Below, in pieces: positions 1-7,145 of a stretch of 10,429 bases of DNA. Within the stretch, counting starts at the first letter, position 1. Each line of letters opens with the position of its first letter. The notes under the pieces were generated by a model. That model did not search any database and was not told where the DNA came from. It saw only the letters and a list, made by a program, of their open reading frames with translations. Origin of the DNA: Vulcanimicrobiaceae bacterium (lineage in GTDB: Bacteria > Vulcanimicrobiota > Vulcanimicrobiia > Vulcanimicrobiales > Vulcanimicrobiaceae); assembly GCA_046262595.1 (NCBI GenBank), contig JBHEMM010000044.1, positions 264-10,692 on the forward strand, read 5' to 3'. The position numbers were made by a program, and so were the translations under genes.

Positions 1-155
1 CGGTTGTACGCTGTGCGCTGGTGGCCGCCGCGAACGACGGGGTCCCACTCCAGCAGGCGGATTGCCAGGTCGCGCCGCTTGGTCCACAGCTCTTCGATGA
101 GGGGAGCCACCTTGGGGATGAGGGCGTTCGCCTTTTCGGGCGAAAAGAGTTTCAT
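1..155 (-). CDS. DUF2203-like protein, N-terminal 51 codons (runs off the left edge; not in the ORF track)
   Basis: Reverse-complement translation from the ATG at 155: MKLFSPEKANALIPKVAPLIEELWTKRRDLAIRLLEWDPVVRGGHQRTAYN..., open to the window edge. The start resembles the F-T-x-E-E-A-N-x-L-L-P N-terminus of DUF2203 proteins. An in-frame TGA three codons upstream fixes the earliest possible start, and a GGAG lies about 12 nt upstream. Confidence 0.7.
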   Translation of the reverse strand, partial: MKLFSPEKANALIPKVAPLIEELWTKRRDLAIRLLEWDPVVRGGHQRTAYN

Positions 156-1023
156 GGCCGTTCAACGCTCCGCGCGGTTGGTTTTTGTCACAGGTCTCTC
201 CGGCGCCGGCAAAAGTCAGGCGATGAAGACACTTGAGGACTTGGAATTTTATTGTATTGATAACCTTCCTCCGAAGCTGGTGCTGCAAACCCTCTCGCTG
301 CTCAAAAACGCGCAGGTACGCGAAATCGCTATCGCCTTAGACGTGCGCAGCGGCGGCGCGCTCGGTGAAGCGGTGCCGATGCTTGGCGCCTTTGCCGGCG
401 ATGCAACCGAACCGTTCGTCTTATTTTTGGACGCGCGCGACGACGTGCTCGTGCGGCGGTACAGCGAAACGCGGCGCAGGCATCCGTTTGCATCCGTCGG
501 TTCGCTGCGCGATGCCATCGCCGTCGAGCGCACGACGCTCGCGCCGCTGCGCGCGCTGGCCACGCACGTGATCGACACGAGCACGCTCACGCAGGCCGCA
601 CTCAAAGAGCGCATCGCCGCCTCGTTCGAGTCCTCGCACCCCGACCGGCATGTGGCGATCACCGTCGTCGCGTTCGGATTTAAATACGGCATTCCACTGG
701 ACTTGGATCTGCTCTTCGACGTGCGGTTTCTGCAAAATCCGAACTACGTGGATAAACTGCGGCCGCTGACGGGCGCCGACCCCGCTGTGGCGGAATACAT
801 TGAAACCGATCCGTCCACCCAACCGTTCCTGGATCGGTTGTTCGACATGATGGATTTTTTAATGCCACGCTTTATGACCGAAGGAAAAGCCCAGCTCACG
901 ATCGGCGTTGGCTGCACCGGCGGGCGCCATCGCTCGGTCTACGTTGCCCGGCGGCTCGCGCTGCATCTGGAAGAGAACAGCACGATCGACCTTTTTCTCG
1001 ACACGCGGGACGCGACGCGCTAA
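154..1023 (+). CDS. rapZ: RNase adapter protein RapZ/YvcJ (P-loop NTPase), 289 aa
   Basis: Walker A GLSGAGKS near the N-terminus, CIDNLP, DVRS, RRYSETRRRHP, FGFKYGIP, DVRFLQNP and C-terminal GCTGGRHRSV. The track start at 4 is too far upstream; ATG 154 (or TTG 178) matches the normal family length. Confidence 0.96.
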   Translation: MAVQRSARLVFVTGLSGAGKSQAMKTLEDLEFYCIDNLPPKLVLQTLSLLKNAQVREIAIALDVRSGGALGEAVPMLGAFAGDATEPFVLFLDARDDVLVRRYSETRRRHPFASVGSLRDAIAVERTTLAPLRALATHVIDTSTLTQAALKERIAASFESSHPDRHVAITVVAFGFKYGIPLDLDLLFDVRFLQNPNYVDKLRPLTGADPAVAEYIETDPSTQPFLDRLFDMMDFLMPRFMTEGKAQLTIGVGCTGGRHRSVYVARRLALHLEENSTIDLFLDTRDATR

Positions 1024-2369
1024 TGCACCGGCTCAACCGTTTGCCGCCGTTCCTTCGCTGGGCCATTCCCGGCTTAGGCGTGAAGCGCTGGCTCTTCTTC
1101 GTCATCGCCGGGATCTTGCTGTTCGTGAATGGCTTAGACCGTTATTTGGTGGCCGTCGGTTACAACGTACACGCGAATGAAGCCGTGGATCTCTTCGTAC
1201 ACGACTATTTCGAGCCGAGCTGGCTCAAGTGGATCTTCATGCTGCTCGGCATCGCGATGATCTTCGTAGGCATCCGGCAATGGCTGCTCGCGATCTTGCG
1301 CGCGAGCGAGTCGGGCGGCGGTGGACGCATCCTCGACACACTCTATCAAATGCGTCTGCGCAACGGTTACAAGATTGTCGCCATCGGCGGGGGAACGGGC
1401 CTATCCACGCTGCTGCGCGGCCTTAAACGCGTCACCACGAATTTGACCGCGGTCGTCACGGTCAGCGATGACGGCGGCAGCTCCGGACGCTTGCAGCGCG
1501 AACTCGGCGTGTTGCCGCCCGGTGATGTGCGCAACTGCCTCGTCGCGCTTGCGGACGACGAAGCAATGGTCACCGACTTGTTCCGTTACCGCTTCCAGGA
1601 AGGCGAAGGCTTGAGCGGGCATTCGTTCGGCAATCTGTTTCTTGCGGCAATGACGGGCATCACCGGCAACTTCGATCGCGCCATCAAAGAGTCGAGCCGC
1701 GTGCTCAACATCAAAGGGCGCGTGCTGCCCTCCACGCTGGGCGTCGTGCGGCTGTGCGCGCGGCTCGCGGACGGCACCGTCGTCGAAGGCGAAACGACGA
1801 TTTCAAAATCGAAACAGCCCATACGCCAGGTCTTTTTCGATCCGCCGTATGCCGCGCCGCTGGGTGAAGTGATCACCGCCATTCGCGACGCCGACGCGAT
1901 CGTGCTTGGGCCCGGAAGCATTTACACGTCCATCCTGCCGAACTTTCTGGTTGACCGCGTCGCGCGCGAAGTTGCCGCATCGACTGCGCTCAAAATATAC
2001 GTCTGCAACGTCATGACGCAGCCCGGTGAAACGGACGACATGACCGCCGCCGATCACGTGCAGGCGCTCATCGATAATGCGGGCGCTAAAGTGTGCGATT
2101 ACGTCATCGTCAACGACGAGCCGCCCTCCAAACTGCGCGAAGCGTACGCAGTGGAGGGGCAGTTACCGGTCAAGCCGGACATCGAACGGATCAAAGCGAT
2201 GGGCATGACGCCTATCGTTTCGGAGATGATCAGCGAAACCGCGACCGTCCGCCACGATCCGCAGGAGCTCGCGCAAGTGGTGATCGGCGTCATCGATCGC
2301 AGCATCGCGCGGCGCGCGGCCTATATGCGGCCGGCACGTGTTTACGCTACTGCGACAAAGTCACTATGA
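1023..2369 (+). CDS. yvcK: YvcK/GlmR family (UPF0052, CofD-like) UDP-GlcNAc-binding gluconeogenesis/cell-wall factor with an N-terminal membrane extension, 448 aa
   Basis: IGGGTGL, DDGGSSG, LPPGD, GHSFGNL, GPGS, NVMTQPGET and RHD motifs. TAATG stop/start overlap with rapZ at 1021-1025. Two hydrophobic segments in the first ~95 aa. Confidence 0.95.
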   Translation: MHRLNRLPPFLRWAIPGLGVKRWLFFVIAGILLFVNGLDRYLVAVGYNVHANEAVDLFVHDYFEPSWLKWIFMLLGIAMIFVGIRQWLLAILRASESGGGGRILDTLYQMRLRNGYKIVAIGGGTGLSTLLRGLKRVTTNLTAVVTVSDDGGSSGRLQRELGVLPPGDVRNCLVALADDEAMVTDLFRYRFQEGEGLSGHSFGNLFLAAMTGITGNFDRAIKESSRVLNIKGRVLPSTLGVVRLCARLADGTVVEGETTISKSKQPIRQVFFDPPYAAPLGEVITAIRDADAIVLGPGSIYTSILPNFLVDRVAREVAASTALKIYVCNVMTQPGETDDMTAADHVQALIDNAGAKVCDYVIVNDEPPSKLREAYAVEGQLPVKPDIERIKAMGMTPIVSEMISETATVRHDPQELAQVVIGVIDRSIARRAAYMRPARVYATATKSL

Positions 2370-2691
2370 GCGTGAGCGGCTTATCGGGCAGCAAGTGCGC
2401 CGTCTGCGATGCGCTCGCTTTGTACGGCGAGTTGGCCGGCGGCGTCACCGCGTAATCGACCTCTCCGACGGGCACCCGTTCGAACGAAAACTTTCCCGAT
2501 GCATCCGTCGCTGCGGTGAGCACGGTGTCGACGGTGACCGTCGCACCGGCAACCGGCTTATTTGTCGCCGCGTCGAGCACCACACCGGAAACACTCTGGT
2601 ATGTGCCGCCCGGCGGAAGTGCGGCATCGTTGCACGCGGCAAGCATGCCGATGGCGAAAAGTGCCCCAAGGATGAGTCGTGCGCGTTTCAT
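2347..2691 (-). CDS. Small lipoprotein with a carboxypeptidase-regulatory-like (CnaB/prealbumin-type beta-sandwich) domain, 114 aa
   Basis: MKRARLILGALFAIGMLAAC is a type II signal peptide with an LAAC lipobox. The mature part has the pattern VSGVVLDAATNKPVAGATVTV...TDASGKFSF. A GGAGG SD at 2696-2700 supports ATG 2691 rather than the track start at 2757. Confidence 0.82.
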   Translation of the reverse strand: MKRARLILGALFAIGMLAACNDAALPPGGTYQSVSGVVLDAATNKPVAGATVTVDTVLTAATDASGKFSFERVPVGEVDYAVTPPANSPYKASASQTAHLLPDKPLTLIVTLSQ

Positions 2692-2695
2692 GCTG

Positions 2696-2700
2696 CCTCC
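2696..2700 (-). promoter_or_regulatory. Shine-Dalgarno GGAGG for the lipoprotein gene
   Basis: cctcc on the plus strand, 4 nt upstream of the minus-strand ATG at 2691. Confidence 0.6.
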
Positions 2701-2792
2701 ACTTCTGATTCTATAGTACCCGGACGGGCCAGCGTGACCAAGCGTTTTGCAGAGCAAAGGGCCGCAGAGTGGGTGCGCGGAACCGCGATTGC

Positions 2793-4196
2793 ATGACTAC
2801 AACGGCGTCCGACCCGCGCGCGGGCATGCACTATTACAGCGATGCTCTGGACGCGGTCGGCCACACGCCGCTTATCCGGCTGCACAAGGTAACCGACGGC
2901 GCGAAGGCGCTGATGCTGGCAAAAGTCGAGTACATGAACCCCGGCGGAAGCGTCAAGGACCGTCCGGCGGTGCACATGCTCAAAGCGGCCGAAGCCGCCG
3001 GACTGCTTAAACCGGGCGGAACGATCGTTGAGGCAACCAGCGGCAACACGGGCTCCGGCCTTGCGATGGCGGCGGCTATCCGCGGATACCGCTGCATCTT
3101 GGTCATGCCCGACAAAATGTCCAAAGAGAAGGTCGATTTGCTGCGCGCGTACGGGTCCGAGGTGGTCGTAACGCCGACGAACGTACCGAACGATTCTCCG
3201 GAGTCGTACTACGGCGTCGCGAATCGTCTGGCTTCCGAGATTGCGGGCGCCTTTCAGCCGAATCAATTTCACAATCAGGACAATCCCGAAGCGCATTACT
3301 ATTCCACCGGTCCCGAAATTTGGGAACAGACCGGCGGACGCATCACGCACTTCGTAGCGGGCATCGGCACGGGCGGCACGATCTCCGGCACAGCGCGCTA
3401 CCTGAAAGAGAAAAATCCGAAGATTCACGTCGTCGGCGCGGATCCCGAGGGTTCGATCTACTCCGGCGATACACCGAAATCGTATGCTGTCGAAGGCATC
3501 GGTATGTCGTATCTGCCTGAAACGGTCGATTTGAAAGTGATCGACGAAATGGTGCGCGTTTCCGATCGCGATTCGTTTTTGATGGCGCGCCGCATTACGC
3601 GCGAGGAAGGCTTGCTGGTGGGCGGCTCCTCCGGAACCGCTGCCGTCGCCGCAGTGAAACTCGCGCAAACGCTTCCCGAAGATGCGGTCATGGTAGTGCT
3701 GCTGCCCGACTCGGGGCGCGGATACATGTCCAAAATTTTCAACGACGAGTGGATGATCGCCAACGGCTTTATTGCTGAAGGCAAGCGGCGCGCCGTCGTG
3801 GGCGACGTGCTGCGCAGCAAACGTCCGCTGCCGCCGCTCATCACAGTAAAGGACACCGACGTCGTCAAAGACGCGCTCGAGCTGCTGCGCAACTACGCCA
3901 TCTCGCAGATTCCCGTCATGCGCGGGCACGAACAAATCGGCAGCATCAACGACGTCGCCGTCATGCAAGCCGTGTTCGATCAGTCCGATATCCTGCATAA
4001 GCCCGTGAGCGAAGTGATGGGACGGCCGTTCCCCGTTTTGGATCAAAGCGAAGAGATCGAGCGCGCGTATAAGTTACTGACGTTGGCCAATTCGGCGGTG
4101 GTGGTCACGGACGAAGACGAACCAATCGGCGTGCTCACGCGGCAAGACATTATCAGCTATCTCTCTGCCTCCAGCGAAACGCCGATACCGGAATAA
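2793..4196 (+). CDS. cbs: Cystathionine beta-synthase (PLP fold type II) with C-terminal tandem CBS (Bateman) domains, 467 aa
   Basis: GHTPL, EYMNPGGSVKDR (PLP lysine), EATSGNTG, GIGTGGT, VEGIG, GGSSG, PDSGRGYMSKIFND, then CBS-domain patterns (ISQIPV..., PIGVLTRQDII). Start chosen at ATG 2793; ATG 2826 is an alternative. Confidence 0.93.
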   Translation: MTTTASDPRAGMHYYSDALDAVGHTPLIRLHKVTDGAKALMLAKVEYMNPGGSVKDRPAVHMLKAAEAAGLLKPGGTIVEATSGNTGSGLAMAAAIRGYRCILVMPDKMSKEKVDLLRAYGSEVVVTPTNVPNDSPESYYGVANRLASEIAGAFQPNQFHNQDNPEAHYYSTGPEIWEQTGGRITHFVAGIGTGGTISGTARYLKEKNPKIHVVGADPEGSIYSGDTPKSYAVEGIGMSYLPETVDLKVIDEMVRVSDRDSFLMARRITREEGLLVGGSSGTAAVAAVKLAQTLPEDAVMVVLLPDSGRGYMSKIFNDEWMIANGFIAEGKRRAVVGDVLRSKRPLPPLITVKDTDVVKDALELLRNYAISQIPVMRGHEQIGSINDVAVMQAVFDQSDILHKPVSEVMGRPFPVLDQSEEIERAYKLLTLANSAVVVTDEDEPIGVLTRQDIISYLSASSETPIPE

Positions 4197-4253
4197 CGGT
4201 GCTGCCGGTTTTTTCTTGCCGCGACCGATGCGATCGGAGGCGCTTTGCTGACC

Positions 4254-4291
4254 GCGCCCGTGAACGGCAAGTTCGCCGGCGCCGCGTTTTA
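4254..4291 (+). terminator. Intergenic stem-loop followed by a short T run (possible terminator, attenuator or processing structure)
   Basis: GCGCC (4254-4258) pairs with GGCGC (4278-4282), then a C.C mismatch, then GTGAAC (4260-4265) pairs with GTTCGC (4271-4276, one G.U), loop GGCAA. It is followed by CGCGTTTTA. Confidence 0.3.
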
Positions 4292-4348
4292 CCAACCGCA
4301 CGCGTACCGCCCGCACCCCGTCTTCGGACACCATTGAAGGACGACCAG

Positions 4349-5518
4349 ATGAAGTTCAGCACGAAAGCGATTCACGCGGGCCAAGGCGCCGACCCGGCGA
4401 CGGGGGCGACGATCGTTCCCATCTATCAGACCTCGACGTACACGCAGGACGCGGTCGGCGCCCACAAAGGCTACGACTACAGCCGCTCGATCAACCCCAC
4501 CCGCGTCGCGCTCGAGACGCAGCTCGCGGCGCTGGAGGGCGCGCAGTACGGATGCGCGTTCGCAAGCGGGATGGCCGCCACGGCGGCCGTGATGAACATT
4601 TTAGCATCGGGCGATCACGTCGTCGCATCGGACGACATGTACGGCGGCACGTACCGCCTTTTCTCAAAAGTGCTCGAACGGTACGGCCTGCAGTTCACGT
4701 ACGTGGATATGGCCGATGCGAATGCCGTGCGCGCCGCGATACGCCCCAACACGAAGCTGTTTTGGATCGAAACGCCGACCAATCCGCTGCTTAAATTGAT
4801 CGACATTCGCGCCATTGCAGATCTCAAGACCGCCGGCGCAATCGTCGTTGTCGACAACACATTTGCGACGCCGTATTTCCAGCAGCCCCTGGCGCTGGGC
4901 GCCGACGTCGTCGTGCATTCGACGACGAAATATATCGGCGGGCATAGCGACGTGGTCGGCGGCGCCGCGCTCACGAGCGACAAAGCGCTGTACGAAACGA
5001 TCAAATTTCACCAGAACGCAGCCGGCGGCGTCCCGGGACCGCACGACGCCTGGCTCACGATGCGCGGCGCGAAAACGCTGGCCGTGCGGATGCGCGAACA
5101 TGCATCGAACGCGCAGGCTGTCGCGGAGTTCCTCGAAGCGCACGCGGAGATAGACCGCGTGTACTACCCCGGTTTGCCCTCGCATCCGCAGCACGCGTTG
5201 GCGAGAAGGCAGATGACGGGCTTCGGCGGCATGGTGTCGTTTACCCTAAAAGGACCGCAGCAAAGAGCGATCGATTTTGCGAATCAAATGCAGTATTTCA
5301 GCCTCGCCGAGAGCTTGGGCGGCGTTGAATCGCTGATCTGCCATCCCGGGCGCATGACGCACGGCTCTATTCCGAAGGAGTTGCGCGAAGCGCGCGGTGT
5401 CACCGACGGGCTCTTACGGTTGTCGGTGGGGATCGAAGATATCGAGGATTTGATCGGCGATCTTCGCGGCGCGCTGGAGCGTGTTAGTAGCGGTACCTTG
5501 GATACGCTACGGCGCTGA
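4349..5518 (+). CDS. Cystathionine gamma-lyase/gamma-synthase (Cys/Met metabolism PLP family; MetB/MccB-like), 389 aa
   Basis: MKFSTKAIHAG start, PIYQTSTY, YDYSRSINPT, FASGMAA, YGGTYR, ETPTNP, DNTFATP, HSTTKYIGGHSD (PLP lysine), AESLGGVESL, LLRLSVGIE. SD GAAGGA at 4336-4341. The position after cbs favours the gamma-lyase role. Confidence 0.93.
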   Translation: MKFSTKAIHAGQGADPATGATIVPIYQTSTYTQDAVGAHKGYDYSRSINPTRVALETQLAALEGAQYGCAFASGMAATAAVMNILASGDHVVASDDMYGGTYRLFSKVLERYGLQFTYVDMADANAVRAAIRPNTKLFWIETPTNPLLKLIDIRAIADLKTAGAIVVVDNTFATPYFQQPLALGADVVVHSTTKYIGGHSDVVGGAALTSDKALYETIKFHQNAAGGVPGPHDAWLTMRGAKTLAVRMREHASNAQAVAEFLEAHAEIDRVYYPGLPSHPQHALARRQMTGFGGMVSFTLKGPQQRAIDFANQMQYFSLAESLGGVESLICHPGRMTHGSIPKELREARGVTDGLLRLSVGIEDIEDLIGDLRGALERVSSGTLDTLRR

Positions 5519-6041
5519 CGTTGGCAAGATCGGCGCGCGCGTGCCGATCGTCAACATTTCCGTAACGCGACGTTTCCGCGAGGGTGACGCCGCGCACGCC
5601 GTCGGCCCACAGGTAGCGGAAGCTCGAAACCTGCGCGAAGCCGCTGCCGACCGTGACTTCTTCCCACACCGCGGGCATGCCGTTCGAAAGCTTTGCATCG
5701 CTGCGTTTGATGAAGGCCCCGTCGGCACTGCTGCGCGTATCGTTGTCGGACGTCATGGCGAATGCCGCGGCAGTCCCCTCAAAGTTGTCCATCGTCAAGG
5801 TGATCGCCGTCGCGTCTTGAGTGCCCGGATTTTTCACATAGACCGCAACGACGCTCTTTTGCTCGAACGTGCGGGGATCGTGCGGCGGAATCGGCACGCG
5901 GCGGAAGCCAGCGGGCGGCGTGAACGACATCGCCGGATCGTTGTACGTGTTGGCGTCGTCCGCGGCGCGGACGCCGGTGCAAAGCGGTGCCAGCATGGCA
6001 AGCAAGGCGAGCGTCAAAAGGCCCAGGCGTCGGATCGGCAC
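5484..6041 (-). CDS. Secreted hypothetical protein, possibly PsbP/Mog1-like fold, 185 aa
   Basis: GTG start 3 nt after the hydrolase stop. Sec signal peptide MPIRRLGLLTLALLAMLAPLCTGVRA|A. The YNDPAMSFTPPAGF opening resembles PsbP/Mog1/DcrB-like proteins; the fold call is tentative. Confidence 0.75.
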   Translation of the reverse strand: MPIRRLGLLTLALLAMLAPLCTGVRAADDANTYNDPAMSFTPPAGFRRVPIPPHDPRTFEQKSVVAVYVKNPGTQDATAITLTMDNFEGTAAAFAMTSDNDTRSSADGAFIKRSDAKLSNGMPAVWEEVTVGSGFAQVSSFRYLWADGVRGVTLAETSRYGNVDDRHARADLANVSAVAYPRYRY

Positions 6042-6044
6042 TCG

Positions 6045-7088
6045 TTACTCTCTGTCTAGAACGGCGGCAAGCGCCGGCAGTGATACTTCGTAGCGGTACC
6101 CGACGTTTCGATGATCGTCTTCGAACTCTTCGTGGCGCACCTCCATCCCCATCCCGCGCATGCGCGAGACCAGCACTCGTGCGCCGATATCGAGCGCGTA
6201 TTCATCGCGGCGGCCGCAATCGACGTAACGCAGACGCAGACGCGCAAGTTCCGGACGCTTGTCCAGGCACGCCTGCGCCGGGTCGAAAGCAAGCCACCGC
6301 GCGAAGATGTCGTCGCGCAGGGCGCCGGTTTCGCGCTCGAACGGCAGATCGAGGTCGAACGCCTTCGCGCTTGCGGGCGAATACGCGGCCGTATAGGCCA
6401 GCATCTCCATCGTCGCATATTCGTTCTGCGCGCGCTTGGGCTTGCTCTCGAAGGACTCGACGAACGCCTCGATGTTCCAATCGAACCGCTCGAGCGTGCG
6501 CTGCGTGTCGGCGAAAGCGCGCGGATGCGCGTATGGAAAATACGCATCGCCGCTGTGCGAGGCAAATGCCGCAAACGTTCCGGGATAGTGCATGCTCAAG
6601 TGCAGCGCGCCGAAGCCGCCCGATGATTTCCCGAGAACGGCTCGCCCTTCTTCGCGCGCGACCGTGCGGTACCGGCTGTCGATGTGCCCGATGACGTCGC
6701 GCACGACGTACGTGGCATAGTCGCCGTTGTGCACCGAGTTCACGTATTGCGATCCGCCCAGACGCGTGAAGCCGTCAACGATGACGAGCAGCGCGGCAGG
6801 CATGCGCTGCGCCGCGATAAGATTGTCCATCCACTGCACGACGTTGGTTTCCCACGGACGAGCGGAAAGCAGCGCGGCCGTGTCGCCCGTATATCCGTGC
6901 AAGCAATAGAGAACCGGATAGCGCCGGGAGGCATGCGCATCGTAGCCCGGCGGCAGATAGACGGCGATGGGGCGTTCGGACGGATCGCGGAGCGCGTTGT
7001 TCGCGAGCGCGGGGCTCTGTATGAAATCGATGCGCACGTCGCCTCGTATGCGCAGCAGCCGCGCGAGAGGCGATTGTTTTGCGTCCAT
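6045..7088 (-). CDS. Alpha/beta-hydrolase, Fes/enterochelin-esterase-like family (putative esterase), ~347 aa
   Basis: VYLPPGY...RYPVLYCLHG, nucleophile elbow GKSSGG (GxSxG), candidate acid in DCGRRDEY and His in EFEDDH. No signal peptide. Start uncertain (ATG 7088 or TTG 7118). Confidence 0.9.
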   Translation of the reverse strand: MDAKQSPLARLLRIRGDVRIDFIQSPALANNALRDPSERPIAVYLPPGYDAHASRRYPVLYCLHGYTGDTAALLSARPWETNVVQWMDNLIAAQRMPAALLVIVDGFTRLGGSQYVNSVHNGDYATYVVRDVIGHIDSRYRTVAREEGRAVLGKSSGGFGALHLSMHYPGTFAAFASHSGDAYFPYAHPRAFADTQRTLERFDWNIEAFVESFESKPKRAQNEYATMEMLAYTAAYSPASAKAFDLDLPFERETGALRDDIFARWLAFDPAQACLDKRPELARLRLRYVDCGRRDEYALDIGARVLVSRMRGMGMEVRHEEFEDDHRNVGYRYEVSLPALAAVLDRE

Positions 7089-7145
7089 GCGCGCGCTTTT
7101 CGCCGCCAGGGCCGCCAACTGCTACACCGAACACGGCCCGGCACG

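Noticed and set aside
4..153. N-terminal extension of RapZ in the ORF track
   Set aside because: Not RapZ-like, and it overlaps the better-supported minus-strand DUF2203-like frame.
2688..4046. 452-aa minus-strand ORF
   Set aside because: Antisense shadow of cbs with no recognisable motifs; long antisense frames are expected with strong GC3 bias.
4225..4300. Canonical SAM-I riboswitch call
   Set aside because: The P1 AUC-AAGAG/GAU and GCAACC/GGUGC signatures are absent; kept only as a speculative structured-RNA finding.
4199..4348. 50-aa N-terminal extension of the gamma-lyase from GTG 4199
   Set aside because: Arg-rich and unlike the family; ATG 4349 has an SD and the typical MKFxTKAIH start.
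5481..6694. Plus-strand ORFs of 192, 235 and 171 aa
   Set aside because: Antisense to the secreted protein and the hydrolase, which carry clear signal-peptide or catalytic motifs.
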